Assembly (NCBI GenBank): GCA_049519355.1
Contig: JBEKQV010000002.1
Location: forward strand, 131,479 to 195,478
Direction of reading: 5' to 3'
Length of the DNA stretch: 64,000 nucleotides
Origin: Candidatus Microgenomates bacterium
GTDB taxonomy: Bacteria > Patescibacteriota > Microgenomatia > UBA8517
The notes under the pieces are model-generated. The model ran no database searches and was not told the DNA's origin. It saw only the letters and a list, made by a program, of their open reading frames with translations. The first letter of the stretch is position 1. Every line of letters begins with the position of its first letter. The position numbers and the translations under genes are program-made. Positions 29,025 through 37,783 of the stretch are shown piece by piece.

Positions 29025-29528
29025 TTAACGATTTACGACTGCTTGGGTATTAGTATCCCAGCAAGATGGTATTAAGTCCTTAGGAAAAGCAGGGTAGGCA
29101 GCAAGACTCGAACAATCTATCTGTCCGTTTCCGTCCCAAACCAAGATCCATTTTCCGTTCAGCTGAGCTGCATACCAAATTCCGCCACCCCCCTGAGCCG
29201 AAGCCATTCCTGATGCATAATTTCCTTCGATTTTTGAAATGGTAATATTTAGACTCGCCGCATCCTGTCCATGTTCGGCAACTAGCGCGGCCTGAACTGC
29301 CGAAACAATTGATATATTTTCATCGGCTTTCTGAGTTGCGGAAATACTCGCCTTGGGTGAAGATGACTCGGTCGGAATTGCCGTAGGCTGCAGAGTTGAA
29401 ACTACGCCGCTCTGAGTGGAAACCGGAACCGGGTTATATGAAGGAAATGTAGGCAATCCTTTAAAATATACATAAGCACCCAAAAAAACCACGACTGCTG
29501 TCACAAAGATTGTTATGAAATATTTCAT
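29025..29528 (-). CDS. Hypothetical membrane-anchored secreted protein
   Basis: N-terminal TM/signal anchor, Ser/Thr/Pro-rich linker, C-terminal domain with 3 Cys; 4-nt overlap with the upstream gene suggests an operon. Confidence 0.35.
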   Translation of the reverse strand: MKYFITIFVTAVVVFLGAYVYFKGLPTFPSYNPVPVSTQSGVVSTLQPTAIPTESSSPKASISATQKADENISIVSAVQAALVAEHGQDAASLNITISKIEGNYASGMASAQGGGGIWYAAQLNGKWILVWDGNGQIDCSSLAAYPAFPKDLIPSCWDTNTQAVVNR

Positions 29529-30340
29529 TTCAGTTTATAATTATATCCTTGTTTTTCGACAAAAAACAATAAAATTCCCGCCAAAACTGCAGCCGAAGAG
29601 AAAAAGAACCAAAGGTTCAAGAAACCCTGAACAAGCGGGGGTGCAATTATTCCGAACAGAGAATCACCTACGTTGGAACTTCCTACTAGCCCTATCCAAC
29701 CCGTTCTGATAATTTCTCCCAAACCGGATATTATTAGCGCAACACCCCCGGAAATAATAAGCATAAGCCCCATAACAGACATCTTTTTTCCAAAGGGTAT
29801 TGAACGGTAAAGTAAGAAAAATATCAAGGCCAAGACCAATATTGTAAAAATCAAAAAAACCCAACTAATAAAACCCGATTTTGAAACCAACTCGATCTGA
29901 GAAGTGGAAATGCCGGTAATATTAAATTCTTTAATAAAATCACTTAGCTTTACCTGATCGGAAGTGTTAGCAAAATTTTGAGAAATAAACGGTTTAGGAA
30001 CTTTCTCCATGGGGATATAAATAAAAAGTTCGGTTGTGCTTCCGTTTGCGTATTTTAAGACATTATTAATATTGTTAATGATAAAATCTTTTAAATTGGC
30101 GGGGGATGCCAAATCGGTCAGTGATGCAACATCACTCGCTTTGCCGCCACCGGCTATTGTTTGTGATATCAGATTTTTGTTGATCGTCTCGGAAAGTTGC
30201 AAATAAGTGTTTGAAGAGCTAAAAGAATTCTGCCAGAAGGAAGAACTCAAAAACTGGAACCTAAAATTAAGTGCAATAAGAAACATTAGAAAAAAAGGGA
30301 TAAAAAGAATAATAATAATGATTTGCCCGAATATTTTCAT
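29525..30340 (-). CDS. Hypothetical polytopic membrane protein
   Basis: N-terminal TM, extracytoplasmic segment, about 3 C-terminal TM helices; first gene of a putative 3-gene operon ending with the Cas4-like nuclease. Confidence 0.35.
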   Translation of the reverse strand: MKIFGQIIIIILFIPFFLMFLIALNFRFQFLSSSFWQNSFSSSNTYLQLSETINKNLISQTIAGGGKASDVASLTDLASPANLKDFIINNINNVLKYANGSTTELFIYIPMEKVPKPFISQNFANTSDQVKLSDFIKEFNITGISTSQIELVSKSGFISWVFLIFTILVLALIFFLLYRSIPFGKKMSVMGLMLIISGGVALIISGLGEIIRTGWIGLVGSSNVGDSLFGIIAPPLVQGFLNLWFFFSSAAVLAGILLFFVEKQGYNYKLK

Positions 30341-30379
30341 GCAAACTTAGTATACAATGAATTGAAAGGAGGTGAAAAA

Positions 30380-30763
30380 ATGGCAGGATTCAAAGCAACA
30401 CTTGAAAAGGACACAATCGCGAATAGTTATTTCAGACATGTAATTTTTACCGCTCCGCATTCTCAGTTGGTATTGATGTGTCTGGCCCCTGGTGAAGAAA
30501 TTGGAATGGAAGTTCACCCTGATAATGACCAGTTCCTGAGATTCGAGGAAGGAAGTTGGGAAGCCGTTATATCTAATGAAAAGTTTTCAGGAGGAGCAGG
30601 TGATTGTGTAATCGTTCCGGCTGGAAATTATCACAATATAATTAATGCCTCGAAAGAAAAAGAGTTGAAACTCTATACTATTTACTCTCCAGCGCATCAT
30701 CCGGACGGAACTATTCACAAAACAAAAGCGGATGCCGAAGCGGCAGAAGCTGCGGAAAAATAA
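30380..30763 (+). CDS. Cupin-fold protein
   Basis: Cupin_2-like metal-site residues (HPDNDQF...VIVPAGNYHN). Start reassigned from the TTG at 30323 to the ATG at 30380, which is preceded by a strong SD AAGGAGGTG (30366-30374). Confidence 0.6.
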   Translation: MAGFKATLEKDTIANSYFRHVIFTAPHSQLVLMCLAPGEEIGMEVHPDNDQFLRFEEGSWEAVISNEKFSGGAGDCVIVPAGNYHNIINASKEKELKLYTIYSPAHHPDGTIHKTKADAEAAEAAEK

Positions 30764-30765
30764 AG

Positions 30766-31158
30766 TTAGCTGGGCTTAAATTCCAAGGCCAGGGAGTTAA
30801 TACAATAACGCAATCCCGTTTTGTCTGTTGGACCGTCGTTAAACACGTGTCCTAAATGACTTCCGCAGTTAGAGCATAACACCTCAGTTCTCGGCATGAC
30901 CATGCTTAAATCCTGCTGTTCCTTAATCGCTCCCTTTTCCGCAAAATCCCAAAAAGAAGGCCAGCCCGTACCGGAATCGTATTTTGTATCACTTGAAAAA
31001 AGTTTTTGCCCACAAACGGCACAAACGTACATTCCCTTAGCATGATTGTGCAAATACTTTCCGCTTCCGGGAGGTTCTGTTCCTTTGAGAAAACAAACAT
31101 TGTATGCTTCCGGTGACAACTTCTTTTTTATTTCTTCCTTGTTGATCTTTACAGTCAT
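30766..31158 (-). CDS. msrB: Peptide methionine-(R)-sulfoxide reductase MsrB (zinc type)
   Basis: Two CxxC pairs (CAVCGQ, CSNCGSHLGHVFNDGP) and the catalytic RxE/C region; 130 aa. Confidence 0.9.
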   Translation of the reverse strand: MTVKINKEEIKKKLSPEAYNVCFLKGTEPPGSGKYLHNHAKGMYVCAVCGQKLFSSDTKYDSGTGWPSFWDFAEKGAIKEQQDLSMVMPRTEVLCSNCGSHLGHVFNDGPTDKTGLRYCINSLALEFKPS

Positions 31159-31175
31159 AATTTATATTAACATGT

Positions 31176-31781
31176 TTAAAAAAGACTATGCTGAAAAGCG
31201 GCAGAATTCTCTTTAGGATATGAAAAATCCAATTTTACTTCATGAATCTCATTCCAAAAATCAATATACTTTAGAGATTTGTTTTTTAAAGCATGGTCAT
31301 AAATATCGCGTGTAATCGCAACATCCATCTCACAATATTTTTTTAGTTTTGCAAGAGAAGCGGGATCCCCAGCCTTCCAATATTTAACAGCATTTTCGCC
31401 ATTGTCATTTTTCTTTGTTCCAAGAGTCGCCTTAGCTAAAGAATTCAAGGACATTCTCTTTCCTTCAATTTTCCTTAATTCAGCCAGAATATCAAAATGT
31501 TTAAGCTTCGGCCAGTGTGCCGGAAGATAAGGAGAAAGTGCCGGCACGTCAAAACCTATGGAGTTAAAACCGATTACCCTATCAGCCTTTTCAAATAATT
31601 TGAACATCTCGGGGAAATCTTTTTCCCAAAACGACTCCATTTTCCCTTCAGTCTCTTTTAAATTTTCGTCCAATATACGCCAATAAACTGAAGTTATTGA
31701 TACACCCAGTTTGCTGGCATCATATCCCTGGATTTCATCGAAAAACTTCTTTGTTTCAGTATCAAAAATAACTTCAAACAT
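31176..31781 (-). CDS. DnaQ-like DEDD 3'-5' exonuclease (standalone, ~200 aa)
   Basis: Exo I VIFDTET, Exo II IGFNSIGFDVPAL, Exo III YCEMDVAITRDIY. Confidence 0.55.
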   Translation of the reverse strand: MFEVIFDTETKKFFDEIQGYDASKLGVSITSVYWRILDENLKETEGKMESFWEKDFPEMFKLFEKADRVIGFNSIGFDVPALSPYLPAHWPKLKHFDILAELRKIEGKRMSLNSLAKATLGTKKNDNGENAVKYWKAGDPASLAKLKKYCEMDVAITRDIYDHALKNKSLKYIDFWNEIHEVKLDFSYPKENSAAFQHSLF

Positions 31782-31827
31782 TTTTGGGTAACCATCATTT
31801 TACCTGAATAATGCAAAAAGTTGAAGT

Positions 31828-32214
31828 CTACTTCTTTTCGAGAAGTCTCTTCAAAGGTCCCATATAGTAATCTTTCCAACCATCAGAAATGTCCTTGGTC
31901 TCGTTTTCGGGAACATCATTGTGTATTAACTCGACTTTTGTTTTTTCACCTTTCTCACTTAAATTAAACGTCGCAATTGACGGCTTTTGCCACTTCCCGG
32001 AATACCACTCTTGTTTCAAAGTTTTTCCCTTGGCAACCTTTATATTTTTACCGTGAATGTCACCTCCCCAAAGACTAAATTCGTAATTTTCTTCTGCCTT
32101 CATTTTTGCAGGACCTCCACCCCACATATCGATGATTTTCGGTTCAGTCAAAGCTTCCCAAACTTCTTCGATTGGTGCGTTAATTAAATATTCCTGCTTA
32201 ATCATTTTAGACAC
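31828..32214 (-). CDS. SRPBCC (Aha1/START/polyketide-cyclase-like) family protein
   Basis: 128 aa; N-terminal INAPIEEVWEALTEPKIIDMWGGGPAKM typical of the AHSA1/SRPBCC fold. Confidence 0.6.
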   Translation of the reverse strand: MSKMIKQEYLINAPIEEVWEALTEPKIIDMWGGGPAKMKAEENYEFSLWGGDIHGKNIKVAKGKTLKQEWYSGKWQKPSIATFNLSEKGEKTKVELIHNDVPENETKDISDGWKDYYMGPLKRLLEKK

Positions 32215-32274
32215 TGATAATCACCCCCTTTTATATAATTTATCATATAGTTACAAATTCGTAACAACTAACTC

Positions 32275-32303
32275 TTGACACATGCAACTTAGTTGCGTAT
32301 GAT
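32275..32303 (+). promoter_or_regulatory. Sigma70-type promoter of the zur-znu operon with a perfect 6-1-6 palindrome (GCAACTTAGTTGC, 32284-32296) in the spacer
   Basis: TTGACA (32275-32280), a 17-nt spacer, then TATGAT (32298-32303). The spacer palindrome is a candidate Zur/Fur-type operator. The -10 lies only ~8 nt upstream of the ATG at 32312, suggesting a leaderless mRNA. Confidence 0.45.
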
Positions 32304-32311
32304 ATTTGAAT

Positions 32312-32722
32312 ATGACGGCTGACAAATTTATAGAAATACTAAAAACTAAGAAAAAAAGGGTTACACCTGGAAGAACAAAAATTATAAAAATGTTTTGCGA
32401 GTCCTCCTCCCCCCTAGCCTCCGAGACAATTGTTAAAAAAACAGGTATGAACAAAACTTCAATATATAGAGAGCTTGAATTTTTACTAAAGCAGGAATTT
32501 ATTCAGGAAGCAGACTTTGGTGATGGAACTAAAAGATATGAGCTAAAAGATTTAAAACACCATCATCATTTAATCTGCATCCGATGTAAAAAGGTACAAG
32601 ATGTAAGTTTCAATGAGAATCTTGGATGGGAAGAGAAAAGAATTAAGAAAAATCATAAATTCCAAGTGTTAAGACACGATCTCGAATTTTTTGGATACTG
32701 TCAAAATTGTCAATATAAATGA
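32312..32722 (+). CDS. zur: Fur-family metalloregulator, likely zinc uptake regulator Zur
   Basis: Winged-helix N-terminus; HHHHLICIRCKKV metal-site motif plus C-terminal CQNC; immediately upstream of a ZnuABC-like transporter. Start moved from TTG (32306) to ATG (32312). Confidence 0.75.
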   Translation: MTADKFIEILKTKKKRVTPGRTKIIKMFCESSSPLASETIVKKTGMNKTSIYRELEFLLKQEFIQEADFGDGTKRYELKDLKHHHHLICIRCKKVQDVSFNENLGWEEKRIKKNHKFQVLRHDLEFFGYCQNCQYK

Positions 32723-33633
32723 AAAGAACAATATCTTTATTATTAATATTTTTACTTATAGGAATAGGAATTTATTTTGGATTAAAAAATAATAAAGGTA
32801 ACGCCTCAAACGGAAAGTTGCAAGTGACTGCATCCTTTTATCCATATTATTTCTTCGCCAGTCAAATTGGCGGAATCAAAGCCAATGTGGTTAATATCAC
32901 ACCGGCCGGTGCCGAACCTCATGATTATGAACCCAGTTCAGGAGATATTGTTCAAATCGAATCAAGCAAACTTCTAATTCTTAATGGAGTTGTGGAACCT
33001 TGGGGAAATAGTATTCAGGAAAATCTAAAAGGCAAAAATACGAAAGTACTAATTGCAGGACAAGGTCTTTTTACTCAAAAAATAGTAGATGAAAACGGAG
33101 TATATTCTACAGATCCTCATGTTTGGCTTAGCCCTACTCTTGCCAAGAAACAAGTATCCGCAATTCTTGCGTCTTTTGATGAAATTGATCCGTCCAATAG
33201 TAACTATTACACGGCAAACGCCAATAAGCTTTTAGGTGAACTTGATAACCTAAACCATGATTATAAAAACGGGTTAGCTTCCTGCCAGGAAAAAGATATT
33301 ATCACTTCGCATGCTGCTTTTGGTTATTTGGCTACCGATTACGGTTTGACACAAGTCCCGATTGCAGGCCTTTCGCCAGATGCAGAGCCTTCCATCAAAC
33401 AACTCGCCGCAATTACAGATTTCGCAAGAAAAAACAACGTAAAATATATATTCTTTGAAAGTTTGGTAAGTCCTAAGCTTTCACAAACAATAGCAAACGA
33501 GATTGGTGCCAAAACTCTGGTTCTCGATCCTCTTGAAGGATTAACACCAGAAGCTCTGGCACAAGGTCAAAATTATTTGACTGTGATGGAACAAAACCTT
33601 CATAATCTAAGAATTGCACTCAACTGCAAGTAA
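32719..33633 (+). CDS. znuA: Metal (Zn/Mn) ABC transporter substrate-binding protein, ZnuA/TroA family
   Basis: N-terminal TM/lipoprotein-like anchor; TroA-family fold residues (TASFYPYYFFAS...HDYEP...DPHVWLSP); 4-nt overlap with zur. Confidence 0.8.
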   Translation: MKRTISLLLIFLLIGIGIYFGLKNNKGNASNGKLQVTASFYPYYFFASQIGGIKANVVNITPAGAEPHDYEPSSGDIVQIESSKLLILNGVVEPWGNSIQENLKGKNTKVLIAGQGLFTQKIVDENGVYSTDPHVWLSPTLAKKQVSAILASFDEIDPSNSNYYTANANKLLGELDNLNHDYKNGLASCQEKDIITSHAAFGYLATDYGLTQVPIAGLSPDAEPSIKQLAAITDFARKNNVKYIFFESLVSPKLSQTIANEIGAKTLVLDPLEGLTPEALAQGQNYLTVMEQNLHNLRIALNCK

Positions 33634-34372
33634 TATGAGCCCCGATCATAGCAAAAATATAATTGAAATTAAAAATATCTCCTATGAATATGATGAAGGA
33701 GATTTCGTACTTAAAGATGTCAGTTTAAATATACACCCGGGAGATTATATTGGTCTTATTGGCCCCAATGGCGGAGGTAAAACAACACTCATTAAACTAA
33801 TACTCGGGCTTCTTAAAATCCAATCCGGCGAAATTAATTTCATGGGAAAACCGAATATTGCCTACGTACCCCAAAAAGCAACCGATATAGATCAAAGATT
33901 TCCGGTTAGCGTTGAAGGAGTCATTGCAATGGGAAGATACTTTAAAAGAAGTTACTTTAAACAATTAACAAAAACCGATAAAGATATCATTCACGATGCA
34001 CTTGAAAAAGTCGGAATGTTAGAGTTTAAAAACCGTTTGATTGGAAATCTTTCCGGCGGACAACAACAAAGAACTTTTATTGCCCGTGCACTCGCCCAAG
34101 AACCTCAAATTATTTTTTTGGATGAACCCACGAGCGGTGTTGATGAGGCCACACAAGAAGAATTCTATAAAATCCTTAAAAAACTTAATCAAGATCTTGG
34201 AATCACATTAATTCTGATTTCCCACGATGTTGACGTTGTTGCGGAAGAAGTAACCGAAATAGCATGTCTAAATCAACAAATAGTTTTTTACGGTCTCTCC
34301 AAGGAATTCATTAAAGAAGAGCATCTGGGCAAACTATATTCCAAAGAATTCAAGTTTATAACCCGCAAATAA
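33614..34372 (+). CDS. znuC: Metal ABC transporter ATP-binding protein
   Basis: Walker A GPNGGGKTT, ABC signature LSGGQQQR, Walker B IIFLDEPTSGVD. Confidence 0.85.
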   Translation: MHSTASNMSPDHSKNIIEIKNISYEYDEGDFVLKDVSLNIHPGDYIGLIGPNGGGKTTLIKLILGLLKIQSGEINFMGKPNIAYVPQKATDIDQRFPVSVEGVIAMGRYFKRSYFKQLTKTDKDIIHDALEKVGMLEFKNRLIGNLSGGQQQRTFIARALAQEPQIIFLDEPTSGVDEATQEEFYKILKKLNQDLGITLILISHDVDVVAEEVTEIACLNQQIVFYGLSKEFIKEEHLGKLYSKEFKFITRK

Positions 34373-34373
34373 T

Positions 34374-35165
34374 ATGCTTAACCTTTTTCAGTACGATTTT
34401 ATAGTCAGAGGAATGGTCGCAGGAATAGTAATTGCAACTGTAGCTCCCGTCATTGGCATTTTTTTGGTTCTCAGACGCTACTCACTCATCGCAGACACCC
34501 TTTCGCACGTTTCTCTGGCAGGAATCGCACTTGGACTTCTTTTAAGCCTTAACCCTCTCCTAACCGCCATCGGAGTAACTACAATTTCATCAATATTTAT
34601 AGAAAAACTTAGGCTTTCTAAAAAAGTTTACGGAGAAAGTGCTCTGGCTCTTTTCCTTTCGGGAAGCCTCGCACTCGCTGTAGTCCTAATCGGACTTTCC
34701 CATGGTTTTAATACGTCTCTTTTCAACTTCTTATTCGGAAGTATAGCCACTGTCACAAACAGCGACATTTATACGGTTGCAACACTTGGAGTGATAGTTC
34801 TTGTGGCGGTAATAATTTTATATAAGGAGCTTCTGTTCACTACTTTTGATGAAGATTCTGCTTTCGTTTCCGGAATTAACACACAAGCTGTAAATACAAT
34901 TTTTATAATTCTTTCTGCTGTTACGATTTCTCTTGCTATTCCAATAGTAGGAATTCTACTTATCTCAGCCCTTATAGTAATTCCAGTTATATCGGCACTT
35001 CAATTACGTAAATCCTTTATCCCCACCATATTAATCGCTCAAGGCATATCTGTCTTTTCAATAATTACAGGTATTATTCTTTCCTTCTATTTTAATTTGG
35101 CTCCCGGAGGAACAATAGTTATTATTAGTATAATTATTTTCCTTTTTATAAACTTTCTATCTTAA
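34374..35165 (+). CDS. znuB: Metal ABC transporter permease
   Basis: About 8 TM; ABC-3 family permease; directly follows znuC. Confidence 0.8.
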   Translation: MLNLFQYDFIVRGMVAGIVIATVAPVIGIFLVLRRYSLIADTLSHVSLAGIALGLLLSLNPLLTAIGVTTISSIFIEKLRLSKKVYGESALALFLSGSLALAVVLIGLSHGFNTSLFNFLFGSIATVTNSDIYTVATLGVIVLVAVIILYKELLFTTFDEDSAFVSGINTQAVNTIFIILSAVTISLAIPIVGILLISALIVIPVISALQLRKSFIPTILIAQGISVFSIITGIILSFYFNLAPGGTIVIISIIIFLFINFLS

Positions 35166-35711
35166 TCAAATAGCAATCTGCTTTCCCACCCTTTTAGAAT
35201 AAATTTGTCTTTCAATAACTTCCTCAAGTGTTTTGTCAGGATCAATTAATGTTTTATCTTTCGGCCAATATCCCAAGATAATCAACAATTCCTTAAGAAA
35301 ATCCAAACGGAGTTTTTTAAGCATTTTTGCCGTTTTTAGTTTTTCAAGAGAATCCAAAAGCAAATCATACACTCCGGCATTGCCCTCACCTTCGTGTGTA
35401 ATTCTTCCGATAACCTCCGCCAAATAATAAGCAAGTGAAATCTTTTTAAGACTTGTCCTGATTTGTTTAAAATCATCAATTACTTCAGCCTCGGTCATTA
35501 TATCTAGTCCTCTTCCTGTAATCGCTTGGAATCTAACCCTATTAAAAACTTCTATATGGCCCCTTTTCCGGCTTTTCGGTCGCCTTGCTCCTTTAGCCAT
35601 CATCGAGACCCTTCCCTGGTCCTTGCTAAAAACAGAGATAATTCTGTCGGCTTCACCGTAATTTTTTCTGGCAAGAATTATTCCTTCAGAGGTATATGTG
35701 CGGGGCTTCAT
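35166..35711 (-). CDS. recO: DNA repair protein RecO (short form)
   Basis: N-terminal OB-fold region EGIILARKNYGEADRIISVFSKDQGRVSMMAKGARRPKSR matches the RecO consensus; 181 aa; stop abuts the znuB stop with zero gap. Confidence 0.7.
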   Translation of the reverse strand: MKPRTYTSEGIILARKNYGEADRIISVFSKDQGRVSMMAKGARRPKSRKRGHIEVFNRVRFQAITGRGLDIMTEAEVIDDFKQIRTSLKKISLAYYLAEVIGRITHEGEGNAGVYDLLLDSLEKLKTAKMLKKLRLDFLKELLIILGYWPKDKTLIDPDKTLEEVIERQIYSKRVGKQIAI

Positions 35712-37763
35712 CTAAATTGCAATCTTTAACTCTTTGTCTGTCTTCAAATAAAATTCCTGTGAATTTTTACCAACGTTTACAGTATACAAAAATCCATCGG
35801 TTCCCGGTTGCTTCTGCATGAGGAGATCGTATTCTTTCGATACTTTAAAGGGCAATTTGTATTCGAATGTAACCTTAGAAACTCCCTGGGGCCGAAGCTG
35901 GAAAAAACCGGCAAAAACTGTTTTACCCAAGTCGGTGTAAGGATCTTGTTTTGCTTCTAAGCCGGATGAGGAAATTAACTGGCTGCCGCTTGGAACATAA
36001 ACTCTAACCCAGTTTGGCAAAACTGAATTAAGCCAGCCGTCTTGACTCTGAGGGTTTTGATAAGTTATGGTAACCGTTTTGGTCACGCTTCCGTCTCCGG
36101 CAACATTGATATCCTGTTCAACCTGTTCATAGGCATAAAGGTTAGATTTTCTTCCCCCCAGATTGGCATCGTTGACCGCCAGATAATCCCCCTGAAAATC
36201 CTGGTTAATTCTTCCCCCCACACCAAAATCCGAAACCGCAGTTTCAGTATTCTGATCAAGCATATAAAAAAGCACGTGTTTTTGAATCAATGACGTAAAC
36301 ACGGCCTGAACCAGTCCCGAAAGTTTGTTTTTTGGCAGTCCCAAGGCGTTTGCCATAATTGAGTTCATTAAGGGGCCAATGATAGCTTTTCTGTTGTTAT
36401 AGTTCGGGGGGGCAGAAATAATCTTCCCCGTCGTAGGACTCCAAATAACAGCTCCCTCAATATCGGCAAAGGACTCAAGTTGGTAAATGACGTCGGCACA
36501 GTTACACTGTGAATTGATTGCCGTACTGAAATTTCCAAAACCTGGAACCCCGATTGGTCCTGTCACGTTTAACAAATTTACCAAAAGTTGAGTATCAACA
36601 GCAATCACACCATCAATTTTTCCTATACCCGCTTGTTGGGCTGCGGGGATCAGGGTTTGCATGCTGGTGGCAAAATCCGGTGACCAATTCATATCTCTAA
36701 GTCTCCAGTTTGGCGACAACACGTAAGGACCTTTTATATAAGTGACAATTGGTGCAGGAGCGGGGATAGAGGGTTTATAAACAGCATCCAGTGAATAAAT
36801 ATCACCACTCAAAACAGGCGTAAATTTAGCTTTATCAACCTTCATGATTGCGTACGCCGTCATAAATCCACCCGTTGGACGAAGCTCTTTATCATTCTGG
36901 AAAAGTACAAAGTAAGTCCGAGGTGCATCCATCCCCAAAAGATATGGGGCAGATTGAATGAAAGGCTTACCATTAACAATAAATGTCGCAACTTCACTCA
37001 CTAAATCCTGTCCACTTTGTATTTCAGATCGAACAGGTTTTCCCTTAAAATTTTCGGGATACCTATCCGGATTAATTTGAGAGACCTCATCTTGAACCGT
37101 TTTAACTTCGGTAGATATCTCATCGATTTTAGGAAGAAGACTCGGAATTGTACTAACCACAAAAGTTATTCTGTCCTGAGTTGTTTGTGCACCGGTTTTT
37201 GCAGCCAAAACATTACTGGAACTATCCTTAAAGCCTAAAAGGTCGGAGTAGGGCTGAATCGTTGTTAAGACTGTTTCCCCTGCGTTTAATCCCGCTTGAC
37301 CAGCTTTAATCGCGTGACCTGCATCACTAATGTACCCGCCGGCAAACGGTAAAAATTTTTCCCATCCGATAAGTTTATATACAGTGGCAACCCCGCTTAA
37401 TGAATTCTTTGTATTATCAATTCCTGTCTTAATTTTGCCCAAATCCTGAGAATTAGCATCAGTATAAAGAGTTCTGACGTCAGAAACTAATTTCAAACTT
37501 TTTTGATAAACGAAAAGCCCCGCAATCAAATTGTAAACTAAAAACAAAACTACGAGTCCTAATACACCCAGTAAAATCATTCCAGATCGCCCACGCTTAT
37601 TGGGCAGGTCTTTTTGTGTAACTTCCTTGAGTGTAGGAACTTTAGCGGGTGGGTCATCAACAGGGACTCCCATTTTAGGAATTAAAATCGAATCATCAGA
37701 GGTTTTGCCGACGGAGTCGTCTTCTAAAACAATTTTTGGCAAAGGCGCACCAGAATCTTGCAT
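35712..37763 (-). CDS. Large membrane-anchored extracytoplasmic protein (DUF4012-like)
   Basis: 683 aa; about 60 aa cytoplasmic N-terminus, one TM (MILLGVLGLVVLFLVYNLIAGLF), large extracytoplasmic domain; sits at the head of the glycosylation island next to the initiating sugar transferase. Family assignment is from memory of the architecture, not verified. Confidence 0.4.
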   Translation of the reverse strand: MQDSGAPLPKIVLEDDSVGKTSDDSILIPKMGVPVDDPPAKVPTLKEVTQKDLPNKRGRSGMILLGVLGLVVLFLVYNLIAGLFVYQKSLKLVSDVRTLYTDANSQDLGKIKTGIDNTKNSLSGVATVYKLIGWEKFLPFAGGYISDAGHAIKAGQAGLNAGETVLTTIQPYSDLLGFKDSSSNVLAAKTGAQTTQDRITFVVSTIPSLLPKIDEISTEVKTVQDEVSQINPDRYPENFKGKPVRSEIQSGQDLVSEVATFIVNGKPFIQSAPYLLGMDAPRTYFVLFQNDKELRPTGGFMTAYAIMKVDKAKFTPVLSGDIYSLDAVYKPSIPAPAPIVTYIKGPYVLSPNWRLRDMNWSPDFATSMQTLIPAAQQAGIGKIDGVIAVDTQLLVNLLNVTGPIGVPGFGNFSTAINSQCNCADVIYQLESFADIEGAVIWSPTTGKIISAPPNYNNRKAIIGPLMNSIMANALGLPKNKLSGLVQAVFTSLIQKHVLFYMLDQNTETAVSDFGVGGRINQDFQGDYLAVNDANLGGRKSNLYAYEQVEQDINVAGDGSVTKTVTITYQNPQSQDGWLNSVLPNWVRVYVPSGSQLISSSGLEAKQDPYTDLGKTVFAGFFQLRPQGVSKVTFEYKLPFKVSKEYDLLMQKQPGTDGFLYTVNVGKNSQEFYLKTDKELKIAI

Positions 37764-37783
37764 ATTATAAATAATACAACAAA

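Noticed and set aside
35166-35711. RecO as a truncated pseudogene (181 aa versus about 240 aa typical)
   Set aside because: The N-terminal OB-fold consensus is intact, the reading frame is uninterrupted, and neighbouring proteins (MurF, GlyRS) are similarly shortened, consistent with lineage-wide protein shortening rather than decay.
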